From the NCBI GenBank assembly GCA_030648835.1, contig JAUSGT010000002.1, positions 373,458 to 437,457 on the forward strand: 64,000 nucleotides of DNA, in the 5' to 3' direction. The position numbers and the translations under genes were made by a program. The stretch comes from Candidatus Moraniibacteriota bacterium. GTDB lineage: Bacteria; Patescibacteriota; Minisyncoccia; Moranbacterales; UBA1568. The notes under the pieces are model-generated. The model was not told the DNA's origin and did not search any database. It was given only the letters and a program-made list of their open reading frames with translations. Shown in pieces: positions 40,513 to 51,339 of the stretch. How positions within the stretch are numbered: the stretch's first letter is position 1; each line of letters starts with the position of its first letter.

Positions 40513-41070
40513 ATGCAAAAAATTATTATCGGTGTCGCGGGAGAAATCGCTTCCGGTAAGGATACGGTGGGAAAATATATAGCGGAAAAGTATGACGCTT
40601 TGCCACTCCGGTTTTCTCAGCCTCTGCGGGACATTCTTGATAGAATAGGGATAGAACAAAATCGGGAAAATATGGCCAAGCTTTCTCTCTATCTACGCAA
40701 AGCTTTCGGTGAAGATATCCTTTCGAGATCTATCCTCATTGAAGCGGAAAAAAGTCCGAAGAACCTTGTGGTAGTGGATGGCGTGCGCCGATTGCCGGAT
40801 ATCATTCATATGGAAACGGATGAACATTTCTATTTTGCCTTTGTGGAAGTTTCTTCGGAAAAACGTTACGAGCGGCTTATCAAGAGGCGACAGAATGTGG
40901 ATGACGCGACAAAAACCCCTGTTCAGTTCGACAAGGATGCCAAGCTGGAGACGGAGCTGCAGATCGGCGATCTGAAGACACGGGCAGATTTCATAATCAA
41001 TAATGACGGGACATTGGAAGAGCTGTATACACAGATTGACAGGGTAGTGGAAGAGTTGAAAAAAAGATAA
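40513..41070 (+). CDS. P-loop nucleoside/nucleotide kinase, putative (d)NMP kinase
   Basis: Walker A GVAGEIASGKDT. Sits within the pyrimidine dNTP cluster. Confidence 0.4.
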   Translation: MQKIIIGVAGEIASGKDTVGKYIAEKYDALPLRFSQPLRDILDRIGIEQNRENMAKLSLYLRKAFGEDILSRSILIEAEKSPKNLVVVDGVRRLPDIIHMETDEHFYFAFVEVSSEKRYERLIKRRQNVDDATKTPVQFDKDAKLETELQIGDLKTRADFIINNDGTLEELYTQIDRVVEELKKR

Positions 41071-41075
41071 GGCCT

Positions 41076-41690
41076 ATGGCAGGAAAGATGATCACGTTGT
41101 ATGGAGTGAATGGCATCGGGAAAACGACCCAGGCAGGGCTTTTGATAAAATTTTTGTGGGGAGAGGGAAAACGGGCCAGTCATTTGAAGTATCCGGTGTA
41201 TGATTTGGAACCGGAAGGGCCGTTCATCTACAAATATTTGCGAGAAGCAGATTTTCGCGGGAAGAATGAGTTGACGACAGAAGCTTTGCAGAAAAAGTAC
41301 GCTGACAATCGCAGGCGCTACGAGACAAAACTTATGGAACGGCTCTCAGCGGGGGAATGGATTGTAGCAGAGGATTATATCGGTACCGGTATCGCTTGGG
41401 GACTGACATGGGGAGCGAATCTGGAATACTTGGAAGAAATAAATGAGGACCTGTTTCAGCCTGATTTGAATGTTTTTATGTATGGTGAGGGCTTCAAGAC
41501 GGCGGTGGAAGCGGGACATCGCAATGAAATGGCTGATGAAAAAATGCAGATTTGCAAGAATTTTTATTTGCTTCTTGCTGACAGATATGAATGGAAAAGG
41601 GTAGATGGGAATCAGAACATTGAGGCAGTTTCACATGATATAATAGCTGCAGTAAAGGATTGTTTTTCTTCTGAGTTTAAAGAGAAGTGA
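41076..41690 (+). CDS. tmk: Thymidylate kinase
   Basis: ITLYGVNGIGKTTQ P-loop typical of Tmk. Confidence 0.65.
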   Translation: MAGKMITLYGVNGIGKTTQAGLLIKFLWGEGKRASHLKYPVYDLEPEGPFIYKYLREADFRGKNELTTEALQKKYADNRRRYETKLMERLSAGEWIVAEDYIGTGIAWGLTWGANLEYLEEINEDLFQPDLNVFMYGEGFKTAVEAGHRNEMADEKMQICKNFYLLLADRYEWKRVDGNQNIEAVSHDIIAAVKDCFSSEFKEK

Positions 41691-41727
41691 GAACTCTGAA
41701 ATCCCATATTCTTAATTTTTTCCCAAA

Positions 41728-43209
41728 ATGAAATACAATGTCACTATCGGTATGGAGGTGCATGCGGAGTTGAAAACCGACTCCAAGATGTTTTGTACGT
41801 GCAAAAATGGACTGGGCTTGGAAAAAGAGCCCAATGTGCATATTTGCCCGGTCTGTACGGCCCAGCCAGGAACGCTACCGGTACCCAATCGCCGGGCTAT
41901 TGAAGCTGTTCAGCGGGTGGGGTTGGCACTCGGCTGTACACTGCGTCTCCACTCCAAATTTGACCGGAAGAATTATTTCTATCCTGATATTCCGAAGGGG
42001 TATCAGATTTCCCAGTATGACGAACCGTTTTGCGAGAAGGGCGAAATGGAAATTCAAGATGGAAAGGAGACAAAAAAATTCCGGATTACGCGTATCCATC
42101 TTGAGGAAGACACCGGGAAGTCGATGCATCCGAGTGGCGCGGATTACACGCTGGTGGACTTCAATCGGGCTGGGGTGCCTTTGATGGAGCTGGTGACGGA
42201 GGCGGATTTTACCACCGGCAGAGAGGCCAGTTTGTTTTGCCAGAAATTGCGGCAGATCCTGCGTTATCTCGATGTCTCCAGCGCCGATATGGAAAAAGGT
42301 CAGATGCGTTGTGAGGTGAATATTTCACTTTATAAAGACGGCGCAGAGCGATTATCTGGAACAAAGGTAGAGGTCAAAAATATCAATTCTTTCCGTTTTG
42401 TTGAGCGCGCCATCGAGTATGAAATAAAACGTCAGACAGAGATGTTGGAAGCGGGGAAAAAGATAATACAGGAAACGCGAGGGTGGGATGAAGTGAAAAA
42501 CGTAACTGTTTCCCAAAGAAAGAAAGAATCAGCCCATGATTATCGCTACTTTCCGGAGCCGGATATTCCGCCATTTGAATTTACTCCAGGCTATGTGGAA
42601 CAATTACGGACAACTCTGCCGGAACTTCCGGATGCCAAGTTGAAACGTTTTATTATGGAATATGTACTGCCAGAGGCTGATGCGGTGATTCTGACCGAAG
42701 ATCACAAGTTGGCAACTTACTTTGAAAATGTCGCAAGCGAGCTCATGGAGAAAATCGAATCGAAAGAAATCAGCGCATCATTTGAACGGACTATCAAACT
42801 GGCCGCGAATTATATGTTGACGGAACTGCGGAAGTATATGGCGGAGAGTGAACAGGAAGTTACCGATATTGCCATCACCCCCGAAAATTATGCCGAATTT
42901 ATCGGTATCGTAGCGGATGGAAAAATCAATTCCAGTGCGGCGCAGACATTGCTTACCGAGATGTATCGAGGTGGTGACAACGATCCATCACATATTATAG
43001 ATCGCCTAAATTTGGCTCAAGTAAGCGATATTTCGGAGCTTGAAACGGCAGTGGCTACAGTGCTTGTAGCCAATGAAAAATCTGTTACTGATTATAAAGC
43101 CGGTAAGCAGAATGCTTTGCAATTTCTTATGGGGCAAGTTATGTCGGTTACGGAGGGGAAAGCCAATCCAAAAATGGTGTTGGAGTTACTGAAGAAAAAG
43201 CTTGAGTAA
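41728..43209 (+). CDS. gatB: Asp-tRNA(Asn)/Glu-tRNA(Gln) amidotransferase subunit B
   Basis: MKYNVTIGMEVHAEL N-terminus. C-terminal GatB/YqeY domain. Confidence 0.9.
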   Translation: MKYNVTIGMEVHAELKTDSKMFCTCKNGLGLEKEPNVHICPVCTAQPGTLPVPNRRAIEAVQRVGLALGCTLRLHSKFDRKNYFYPDIPKGYQISQYDEPFCEKGEMEIQDGKETKKFRITRIHLEEDTGKSMHPSGADYTLVDFNRAGVPLMELVTEADFTTGREASLFCQKLRQILRYLDVSSADMEKGQMRCEVNISLYKDGAERLSGTKVEVKNINSFRFVERAIEYEIKRQTEMLEAGKKIIQETRGWDEVKNVTVSQRKKESAHDYRYFPEPDIPPFEFTPGYVEQLRTTLPELPDAKLKRFIMEYVLPEADAVILTEDHKLATYFENVASELMEKIESKEISASFERTIKLAANYMLTELRKYMAESEQEVTDIAITPENYAEFIGIVADGKINSSAAQTLLTEMYRGGDNDPSHIIDRLNLAQVSDISELETAVATVLVANEKSVTDYKAGKQNALQFLMGQVMSVTEGKANPKMVLELLKKKLE

Positions 43210-43249
43210 ATGATCTCAAATCTCCCGGGAAGATTCTTGCGACAAAAGA

Positions 43250-44272
43250 TTAATCTTGTTGACCAATAATTTCAAAAGCTTCTTTTGGATCGGTAATCCA
43301 ATGGATTGAGGCGCCGAGTTTTTCGAAACGTCGGAGCCAAGTGAGCTGGCGTTTGGCGTAGTGCCAAATTTCATGTTTCAAATTTTCTTGCATCATATCG
43401 CGTGTGATTTTCCTCTCTAGGAAGAGAGCGATGTTTTTGTATTCCAATCCGAAACTTTCCAGTCTTTTCCAACTGACGCCATCCATATGCAGGTGTCTTA
43501 CTTCGGATACCATACCCTTCTTTAACCTTTTTTCTAGGCGCGTCTCGATATTTTTTTGTAATGTTTTTTTGTTGGGATTCAATGCGATGATGAGAAAATT
43601 TGAATCTTGAATATCGAATCTCGAATTTTGCTCGGGAACGGTTCCAAGGGATTCGCATATTTCAAGAGCACGGATAAGACGTATTTTGTTGTGTTGATCT
43701 ATGTCAGTTGCACGTCTTGGGTCTTTCTTCTGAAGCATTACAAAAAGTCTCTCGGTTGATAATTTGCTAAGCTTTTCCCGTAACTTCGCATCAGGTTTCA
43801 CAGCGGGGAAAGCATTGTTCTCAATCAGCGCTTGTACCCAAAATCCGGTACCGCCACAAACGATAGGTATCTTTTCGCGTTTTTTGATATCGATGATAAT
43901 CTTTTTGGCATCGCGGACAAAATGAGTAACGTTGTAGTTTCTTTTCGGACTAGCGACATCGATGAGGTGATGGCGGATGCCATCTGAGTAGAAAAAGCTG
44001 TCATTTCGAGCTTGTTGAGGAATCTTATTTTTTATAGCACTTACTTTGTAATTACGGGATCCTTCGACAAGCTCAGGATGACTCGCAACTTTGTCGCGAG
44101 CCACCTTACCGGATCCTATGTTCATCCCTCGATACACTTGGCGGCTGTCGGCAGAAATAATTTCTCCATTGTATTTGCGCGCCAAAAGAATAGCTAAATC
44201 CGACTTACCTCCAGCTGTTGGCCCCACTATTATGAGCGTTTTTTTCAAAATATTTTCCCCTGTAGATTTCAT
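43250..44272 (-). CDS. miaA: tRNA dimethylallyltransferase MiaA (with insertion)
   Basis: P-loop GPTAGGKS. ISADSRQVYRGMNIGSGK. Confidence 0.85.
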   Translation of the reverse strand: MKSTGENILKKTLIIVGPTAGGKSDLAILLARKYNGEIISADSRQVYRGMNIGSGKVARDKVASHPELVEGSRNYKVSAIKNKIPQQARNDSFFYSDGIRHHLIDVASPKRNYNVTHFVRDAKKIIIDIKKREKIPIVCGGTGFWVQALIENNAFPAVKPDAKLREKLSKLSTERLFVMLQKKDPRRATDIDQHNKIRLIRALEICESLGTVPEQNSRFDIQDSNFLIIALNPNKKTLQKNIETRLEKRLKKGMVSEVRHLHMDGVSWKRLESFGLEYKNIALFLERKITRDMMQENLKHEIWHYAKRQLTWLRRFEKLGASIHWITDPKEAFEIIGQQD

Positions 44273-44386
44273 GGCAGTTTTTTAAGCTTATGGTCGTGTA
44301 TTATGTATAACGCATTATATATTATGCGAAGAAGAAATTAATTTAGTATCATACGTGATGCCTGAACACTATACGAGATACATTCT

Positions 44387-47300
44387 CTACCCAACGGATT
44401 CTACTCCTTCCAGCGTCTTTATTTGTGTGAGGTGTTCTTCGGTTGGAGCAAGGGTGAAAGTGGTAACGATAGTGGCGCCCTGGATCCTCACCGCCACTTT
44501 TTTTGACCCAACAGGGATAGTTTTCAAAAGTTGAGAAAGATGTTCAATGATTTTTGGTGGGGCGTCATTTTTGACAGTAATAACAAGATGTTTATCGGTA
44601 TTTTCCTCTGGAGGTGCTTGCGGGTGGTTTTTGGCGCGCGTGGCTTCGGCACGGGCGAATTGATGCACGGTATTTTGGGAAATGCGTTCGACGCCTTCGG
44701 CAATGCACCGGAACATACTGTCTTTGTGTGAAACGCGGGCGTCAACGATAACAATCTCATCTTCGATCCATGATTCTCCCGTTTGGAGGGCGGTTTTGCC
44801 GAAAACCAGGAGTTCAACGCGGCCAGTCATATCTTCGAGACCGATGAAGTACATAGTATTTTGATTTTTGGTGAGGATTTTTCGGACGCCTGTGATGACA
44901 CCGCCGATGCGGACGCGGGCCTGGTCCGGTTTCTTCTCCAGTTCATGTAGCGGTACAGTAGCTTTATCGAAGTAAGCTTGGTATTCAGTGACCGGATGAT
45001 CGCTGACATAGAGACCCAAGAGCTCTTTTTCCCAGCCCAGTTTCATTTTTTTGGTCGCCGGAATGGCAGGAGCCAGCTGAATGGTGCTGGTTGCTATGGC
45101 CATAGCGCTAAAAAGACTGTTCTGGTGCGTATCAGCGATGGCCTTCAGATTTTTTCCGTGTTTTTGTATGGCATCGATGCTTTCCAAGAGTTGATTGCGT
45201 TCACCGAAACCCTCCAGTGCTCCCACTTTGATCAAAGCTTCAACGGATTTTTTATTCAAATCCTTGGTTTTTACGCGTTCGATGAATTGTTCGAGAGTGG
45301 CATATTTTCCTCCGCGTTTGCGTTCCTCGACAATTTCTTGAGCAACGATATGTCCGACATTTTTGATCGCATTCAGTCCGAAACGCACTCGTTCCACTCC
45401 GTCGGCACCGATGATGACAGCGAACTCTTCGAAGCTTTCGTTGATATGTGGTGGGAGAACAGCGATGCCTATTTCTTTGGCTTCGTGCACTTCGATAGCG
45501 ATACGATCGATATTATCCTGGTCAGAGGTAAGGAGCGCCGCCATAAATTCCGCCGGATAATGCGCTTTGAGGTAGGCGGTCTGATAACCGATGAGCGCGT
45601 AGCAGGCGGCATGTGAGCGGTTGAAACCATAGCCGGCGAACGGTTCGATGAAGGAAAATACCTTCTCCCCGATATTTTTTCTGATGCCATTTTTGACACA
45701 GCCTTCGATAAATTTTTCCCGTTGTTCCGCGACCAATTCTTTGATCTTTTTACCGACTGCTTTGCGCAAGACATCCGCCTCTCCATAGCTGAAGCCCGCC
45801 AGATCGCGCGCGATCTGCATCAGTTGCTCCTGATAGACGGCGACACCGTAGGTGTTCTTGAGGATTGGTTCGAGTATTGGGTGAAGGTATTCGATTTTTT
45901 TCGTACCATGTTTGCCGGCGATAAAATCGGGAATATACTCCATCGGTCCCGGTCGATAGAGGGCTACCATGGCGACAATATCTTCGAAAACGGTCGGCTT
46001 TAGTTGTTTTAGATAGCGTTTCATGCCGGAGCTTTCCAATTGGAATACGCCGGTGGTCCGGGCTTCCTGAAGGAGCTCGAATGTCTGTTTATCATCGAGT
46101 GGTATGCGTTCGATATCGATGTCCGGTTGTTTTATTTTTCGGACGATGCGCAAAGTATTCTGAATGATGGTGAGGTTTTTTAGTCCCAGAAAGTCCATCT
46201 TCAGCAAACCGATTTTTTCGACGGCATTCGATTTGGTAGAGGCGGAGTATTGTGTCACGACACCAACGTGCGCTCCTGAAACACGTTGGAGCGGCGTATA
46301 CTCGGTGACGGGGTCTTTGGTGATGACGACACCACAGGCGTGCATCGAAGCGTGCCTGACGAGACCTTCGACTTTCATGGCGGCATCAACCAATCTTTTT
46401 ACATCAGCGCTCCCCCCGTACCACTGTTTGAATTCCGGCACTTCCAGAAGTGCCTTCTTGATTGAGGTGAACATCGGAATCATTTTGGATGTTTTGTCGC
46501 AAAGTTCGTAAGGAAATCCAAGGGCTCGACCGACATCACGGACAGCGGCCCTTGCAGCCATTGTTCCGAATGTTATAATCTGCGCGACATGGTCATTACC
46601 GTATTTTTCACGCACGTAATTGAGCACATCATCCCGGCGATCATCGGCGAAGTCCATATCGACATCGGGCATCGAAATGCGTTCGGGATTGAGGAAGCGT
46701 TCAAAGAGAAGATTGTATTCTATCGGGTCGATGTTGGTGATGCCGGTGAGATAGGCGACGAAACTTCCCGCTGCCGAACCACGACCCGGGCCGACGACAA
46801 CGCCATTATTTTTTGCCCAGTTGACGAAATCCTGTACGATCAAGAAGTACGAGGCGAAGCCGGTACTTTTGATTACCCCGAGCTCATACTCCATACGTGT
46901 TCGCTGCTCGGTTGTGATTTCTTTTCCGGTGTAGCGCTTTTGGAGTCCTTGTTCGCAGAGTTCGCGTAAAAAATCGTCAGCCAGTTTTTCTTTCGGCAAG
47001 GGGAATTCCGGCAGATGACTCTCATCCATGCGAATTTTGAAATCGCAAAGAGCGGCGATTTTTTCCGTGTTCTCGATTGCCGCAGGAAAACCCTTGAAAA
47101 TTTCTGTCATCTCCTCTCCCGACCTGAGCGACAAGTCAAGCGCCATCATACTGAAACGTTCTTTGTCAGTCACTTTTTTGTTATCGCGGATACAGAGGAG
47201 AATGTCTTGAATTTCCGCGTGTTCTCGTTTGACGTAGTGCACGTCCGACGCAGCCACTACCGGGATGCCCGTTTCGCGGCTGATCTCCGCGAGACCTTGG

Positions 47301-47857
47301 TTGGCGATTACTTGGTTTTCATACTCGAAATTGGGTCCCAATTCGAGATAGAAGTTTTCTTTGCCGAAAATATCCTGATATTCGAGGGCAGCGATTTTGG
47401 CGCGCTCATAATTTCCGTAAATGATTTCCGAAGGCACTTCGCCCTGGAGCGATCCGGAAAGCGCGATGAGTCCTTCATGGTATTGTCTGAGGAGATTCTT
47501 ATCGGCGCGGGCTTTGTAATAGAAACCATCCAGCTGAGCGATGGAGATGATCTTCATCAGATTTTTGTAACCGATTTCGTTTTTGACGAGGAGAACGAGT
47601 TGGTTACGGCGACGGTCTTCAGTCGTGTTGTTTTTACTGTGGAGGTCTTTGCAAACGTATATCTCCGCGCCGATAATCGGTTTGATGCCATATTCCTTGG
47701 CCTTGCTCTGAAATTCCACGGCGCCGTAGAGAGCCGACGTGTCAGTGAGAGCGAGGGACGTCATACCGAATTCTTTGGCCTGCGCCAAAAGTTCCTCAAC
47801 CTTCGGTAGGGCAGTCAAGAGGCTGTAATGCGAGTGAACGTGGAGATGAGTGAACAT
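44387..47857 (-). CDS. dnaE: DNA polymerase III alpha subunit DnaE
   Basis: PHP domain (HLHVHSHYSLL). 1156 aa. Confidence 0.95.
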   Translation of the reverse strand: MFTHLHVHSHYSLLTALPKVEELLAQAKEFGMTSLALTDTSALYGAVEFQSKAKEYGIKPIIGAEIYVCKDLHSKNNTTEDRRRNQLVLLVKNEIGYKNLMKIISIAQLDGFYYKARADKNLLRQYHEGLIALSGSLQGEVPSEIIYGNYERAKIAALEYQDIFGKENFYLELGPNFEYENQVIANQGLAEISRETGIPVVAASDVHYVKREHAEIQDILLCIRDNKKVTDKERFSMMALDLSLRSGEEMTEIFKGFPAAIENTEKIAALCDFKIRMDESHLPEFPLPKEKLADDFLRELCEQGLQKRYTGKEITTEQRTRMEYELGVIKSTGFASYFLIVQDFVNWAKNNGVVVGPGRGSAAGSFVAYLTGITNIDPIEYNLLFERFLNPERISMPDVDMDFADDRRDDVLNYVREKYGNDHVAQIITFGTMAARAAVRDVGRALGFPYELCDKTSKMIPMFTSIKKALLEVPEFKQWYGGSADVKRLVDAAMKVEGLVRHASMHACGVVITKDPVTEYTPLQRVSGAHVGVVTQYSASTKSNAVEKIGLLKMDFLGLKNLTIIQNTLRIVRKIKQPDIDIERIPLDDKQTFELLQEARTTGVFQLESSGMKRYLKQLKPTVFEDIVAMVALYRPGPMEYIPDFIAGKHGTKKIEYLHPILEPILKNTYGVAVYQEQLMQIARDLAGFSYGEADVLRKAVGKKIKELVAEQREKFIEGCVKNGIRKNIGEKVFSFIEPFAGYGFNRSHAACYALIGYQTAYLKAHYPAEFMAALLTSDQDNIDRIAIEVHEAKEIGIAVLPPHINESFEEFAVIIGADGVERVRFGLNAIKNVGHIVAQEIVEERKRGGKYATLEQFIERVKTKDLNKKSVEALIKVGALEGFGERNQLLESIDAIQKHGKNLKAIADTHQNSLFSAMAIATSTIQLAPAIPATKKMKLGWEKELLGLYVSDHPVTEYQAYFDKATVPLHELEKKPDQARVRIGGVITGVRKILTKNQNTMYFIGLEDMTGRVELLVFGKTALQTGESWIEDEIVIVDARVSHKDSMFRCIAEGVERISQNTVHQFARAEATRAKNHPQAPPEENTDKHLVITVKNDAPPKIIEHLSQLLKTIPVGSKKVAVRIQGATIVTTFTLAPTEEHLTQIKTLEGVESVG

Positions 47858-47945
47858 GTCGTGTATAGTGTATCAAGTATTATGTATCATGTATGGGGTT
47901 TGCTTAATACCTAATACTTTATACATGATACTTTTCAAACAAAAA
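47858..47945. repeat. AT-rich palindromic word spacer S2a (GTATCATGTA / TACATGATAC words)
   Basis: Shares words in direct orientation with 51405..51530. Confidence 0.6.
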
Positions 47946-48149
47946 AACGCCAATCAGAATGAAGGGCGAAATATCGGAAAAATAAAAAGTGTTTTCATAA
48001 GGTCGAAAGTCTCCCATCGCCCGGATCACTCCATGGGCTTTTGCGGAGAAATTATTGCATGTATACAGTAGCATTTTTTAAAGATAAAAAAAAGGGGAGT
48101 ATTTCCTTATGGTAGGCCGAAAAGAAACCTCAGAGTATAATAGACACAT

Positions 48150-48905
48150 ATGCAAGAAACAACTTTTGAAAAAGAGCGGGAGCGAAGCCTTTTGGGGTAT
48201 GCGTTCGTCGTGGGTATCGATGAAGCAGGGCGGGGGCCTTTAGCCGGGCCCGTTGTAGCTGCCGCAGTCACTTTAAAAAACCAAGATTTTGGAAGTTTTG
48301 GAAGCAAGGCTTCCAAAAATGAGAATGAGAATCAAGAGAATGCGAAGATGTGGTATTTGGTTCGAGATTCAAAGAAACTTTCGGAGAAACAGCGGGAGAA
48401 AATGTTTGATTTTATTCACAGGCACTTCCATGTGGGGATCGGTATTATCAACGCGGAAACTATTGATCGAGTGAATATTTTGCAAGCCACGTTCCTCGCG
48501 ATGAAAAGCGCAGTCGCTGCGCTCAGAAAACAGTTAGCAGTTAATGGCCAACAAAAATTTACAGATGAGGGACTGTACTTGCTCGTTGACGGGAATCAGA
48601 AAATACCCAATTGTTCGTACCAGCAAGAAGCGGTGATCGGGGGAGACGGGACGGTGAAATCCATCGCCGCGGCATCTATCGTTGCGAAGGTGACGAGGGA
48701 TCGGATGATTGTGGAATATGACAAAGAATATCCAGATTATGGTTTTGCCAAGCACAAGGGCTATGGCACGAAGATGCATATGGATGCATTGCGCCGTTTG
48801 GGGCCGTCGCCCATCCATCGGATGTCGTTTAGGCCCGTACAGCTTTCTATCCCAGAGAATGTGAATAAGAGGTTTGGTAATGTTTTGAAACCGAAAAGGA
48901 AATAG
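48150..48905 (+). CDS. rnhB: Ribonuclease HII (with insertion)
   Basis: GIDEAGRGPLAGPVV. Confidence 0.85.
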   Translation: MQETTFEKERERSLLGYAFVVGIDEAGRGPLAGPVVAAAVTLKNQDFGSFGSKASKNENENQENAKMWYLVRDSKKLSEKQREKMFDFIHRHFHVGIGIINAETIDRVNILQATFLAMKSAVAALRKQLAVNGQQKFTDEGLYLLVDGNQKIPNCSYQQEAVIGGDGTVKSIAAASIVAKVTRDRMIVEYDKEYPDYGFAKHKGYGTKMHMDALRRLGPSPIHRMSFRPVQLSIPENVNKRFGNVLKPKRK

Positions 48906-49182
48906 ACATTTACTGACATATATCTGCAGCTAAAATCTTTCCGGGAGAGTTGAAGTTTTTTTGAGCACGGCGCCGTCCCGCCAGGGCGGGACGGATCAAA
49001 AAAAGTTCATAAGTGGAGTTCATCGCTGGATGAACGAACGACTCTCGGAAAGGTTGTTAGCTGTCAGGTATATGTATTGGTCGGTTGCAGATACATCGGT
49101 TGTGAGCGGCGGTGCTTATGCGGAGTCTTGCCAAAAGCGAAAACGGATGTTAGAGTAAAAATGTTATTCATTTTATACCGTT

Positions 49183-49395
49183 ATGGCAAATCCAAAGCAA
49201 CGACATACCCGTCATCGTCGCGATCGCGCGCGCAAGCAGTATGATACCGTTCTCAAGAACACCCAGGAATGTCCCAAGTGTCAGGCACGGATTCTTTCAC
49301 ACCGTGTGTGCCCAAAGTGTGGGACATACAAGGGTAAAGAAATGGTAAACACCGCGCCAAAACTCAAATCTGACAAAAAGAAAAAGGCTGCCTAA
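49183..49395 (+). CDS. rpmF: 50S ribosomal protein L32
   Basis: N-terminal basic KQRHTRHRRD. CxxC...CxxC zinc ribbon. Confidence 0.7.
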   Translation: MANPKQRHTRHRRDRARKQYDTVLKNTQECPKCQARILSHRVCPKCGTYKGKEMVNTAPKLKSDKKKKAA

Positions 49396-49502
49396 GATGC
49401 GAATTCTTGCCTACCGGCAGGCGGGCTTGCCCGTCTGAGCGAGAGATCTTTTCTCCACTTTCGGTAGGGTACGCATATGTTTCTTAGGTTGTTCTCACCA
49501 AC

Positions 49503-50114
49503 ATGGCAAATCGGCACCTTCAAAGATCAGTAGCGATGCAGTCCCTCTTCGAGTGGGATTTTCAGGGCAAGCACGATGAAAAATCTCGTGACGTTTTGCG
49601 ACGCAATATCGGTGAATTCGCGCCGGGGTTGGAGGAGACTGTTTTTGCCGAGCATCTGATGGAAGGGACTTTGCGTGAACGCAAAACTATCGACAAACTC
49701 ATCGAAAAATGCGCTCCGGAATGGCCATTGGAGCAGGTGACGGTCATTGACAGGAATATCCTGCGTCTGGGAATCTACGAACTCATGTTCGGAAATTATG
49801 ACGAAGTGCCGCCGAAGGTTGCGATCAATGAGGCTATCGAGTTGGCCAAAACGTTCGGGAGTGATAGTAGCCCCCGTTTCGTCAATGGTGTTTTGGGGAC
49901 CATCTATCGCGAAATGGGCGAACCGATGAAGGATGATATTTCCGAAAATCACAAGCGCAATCTCGAAGCAGAAGAGAAAAAGTCTGCCAAAGGAAAATTT
50001 CAGCTCAAGGCCGTCCAACCTCGGGCTGGCGCAAATCCTGACGGGAAAGAAGTGAAGACAAAAAAAGCTTCCAAAAAAACTACTTCAAAAGCCATCAAAA
50101 AGAGCGTCAAGTAG
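49503..50114 (+). CDS. nusB: Transcription antitermination factor NusB (with Lys-rich C-terminal tail)
   Basis: [10 protein letters not shown]...FVNGVLG. Confidence 0.8.
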   Translation: MANRHLQRSVAMQSLFEWDFQGKHDEKSRDVLRRNIGEFAPGLEETVFAEHLMEGTLRERKTIDKLIEKCAPEWPLEQVTVIDRNILRLGIYELMFGNYDEVPPKVAINEAIELAKTFGSDSSPRFVNGVLGTIYREMGEPMKDDISENHKRNLEAEEKKSAKGKFQLKAVQPRAGANPDGKEVKTKKASKKTTSKAIKKSVK

Positions 50115-50146
50115 ACGCTTTTTTCTACAATATTTCACACCAAGTT

Positions 50147-50842
50147 ATGGAAACGCCTATCAATCTCACTCAATTGAAAAAAAAGTTGGCCATCGAGATA
50201 CAGAATCCCGATTTGTTTCAAGAGGCCTTGACGCATCGTTCCTATCTCAATGAACACAAGGAGTACGAACATCCCCACAATGAGCGGTTGGAATTTTTGG
50301 GTGACGCGGTGCTCGAACTTTCGGTGACTAAATATCTTTTTGATCACTTCGATAATCCGGAGGGGGAGTTGACGAGTTTTCGTGCGGCACTCGTCAATGG
50401 GGATATGCTGGGAAAGATCGGCTACGATCTTGGTATACAGGATTTCCTTCTCATGAGTCGCGGCGAAGCCAAAGACACCGGGCGGGCGCGCAACTATCTC
50501 GTCGCCAACGCGATGGAATCCATCATCGGCGCGCTCTATATCGATCAGGGATATGATGCCGCCAAAGATTTCATCGAGAAACATATCATCTCGCATCTGG
50601 ACGAAGTCCTCAAACAAGAACTTTATACCGATCCCAAGAGTCGTTTTCAAGAATTGGCCCAGGAGAAGACCGGGGTGACACCGGGGTATCGCGTCTTGAA
50701 GGAATGGGGACCGGATCATGACCGACATTTCATCGCGGGGGTGTTTTTGGGCGAAGAGCTCGTAGCGGAAGGTGAGGGCATATCCAAACAAGACGCTCAG
50801 CGCGAAGCCGCTCGGCAGGGGCTTATTGTTAAGGGTTGGTAA
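50147..50842 (+). CDS. rnc: Ribonuclease III
   Basis: ERLEFLGDAVLEL catalytic signature. C-terminal dsRBD. Confidence 0.9.
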   Translation: METPINLTQLKKKLAIEIQNPDLFQEALTHRSYLNEHKEYEHPHNERLEFLGDAVLELSVTKYLFDHFDNPEGELTSFRAALVNGDMLGKIGYDLGIQDFLLMSRGEAKDTGRARNYLVANAMESIIGALYIDQGYDAAKDFIEKHIISHLDEVLKQELYTDPKSRFQELAQEKTGVTPGYRVLKEWGPDHDRHFIAGVFLGEELVAEGEGISKQDAQREAARQGLIVKGW

Positions 50843-50998
50843 TTTTATTGATTTAGACGGAGGATAAGCCAACTTTTTCCTCTTGACCCCGCACCAATTC
50901 TTGCAGAATACTTGATATAGTAGCAAGTGTAAGCCGATAGGTGGCTACGCCTGGCATCTTGCTGTAAGTTATGAGTTTTCCCTGGAATTGGTGCGGGG

Positions 50999-51027
50999 TT
51001 GACAAAATCAGTAAAAAGGCGTACAGT
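50999..51027 (+). promoter_or_regulatory. Near-consensus sigma70-type promoter (TTGACA - 17 nt - TACAGT)
   Basis: TTGACAaaatcagtaaaaaggcgTACAGT. The -35 lies in the 3' arm of a 17 bp hairpin (50880..51005). Confidence 0.5.
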
Positions 51028-51069
51028 GTTAGGTTATTTACCAAATGAAATTTCAACGGAGGATGTGCC

Positions 51070-51339
51070 ATGCCCAAGACAATCGTTAGCGTACAAGAAG
51101 CGTCGCATGTAATCCATCAGGAAGGGGGAAAATTTGGACCGCATCGTACGATGTGCCCACTCCATCCGGAACGGGAGGCTCACTCCCATTGTTTCGTGAG
51201 ATTTCCCGGCACGCTTGAGGCGCTGCAAAGGGACAGGGAGGCAGGGCATCGGGAGGACGCGGGGGTTTCCACCGGTGGGTTTTGTTGCCACACTCTATAC
51301 CCTACCTTGGCGCAGAATGACAGCGTCAGGGATACCTGA
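51070..51339 (+). other. Small His/Cys-rich ORF (89 aa) or structured sRNA, with promoter, GGAGG RBS and downstream terminator
   Basis: GGAGGA 7 nt before the ATG. GC-rich and hairpin-rich. Terminator GCGGGTGG...ACCCCCGC plus T9 at about 51350..51400. Confidence 0.3.

Noticed and set aside
48975-49015. Hairpin CCGTCCCGCCAGGGCGGGACGG as a terminator between rnhB and rpmF
   Set aside because: The T-run precedes and the A-run follows the stem on the plus strand, so it is not a canonical intrinsic terminator for the plus-strand genes. No minus-strand gene ends there. It is noted only as a stable hairpin.
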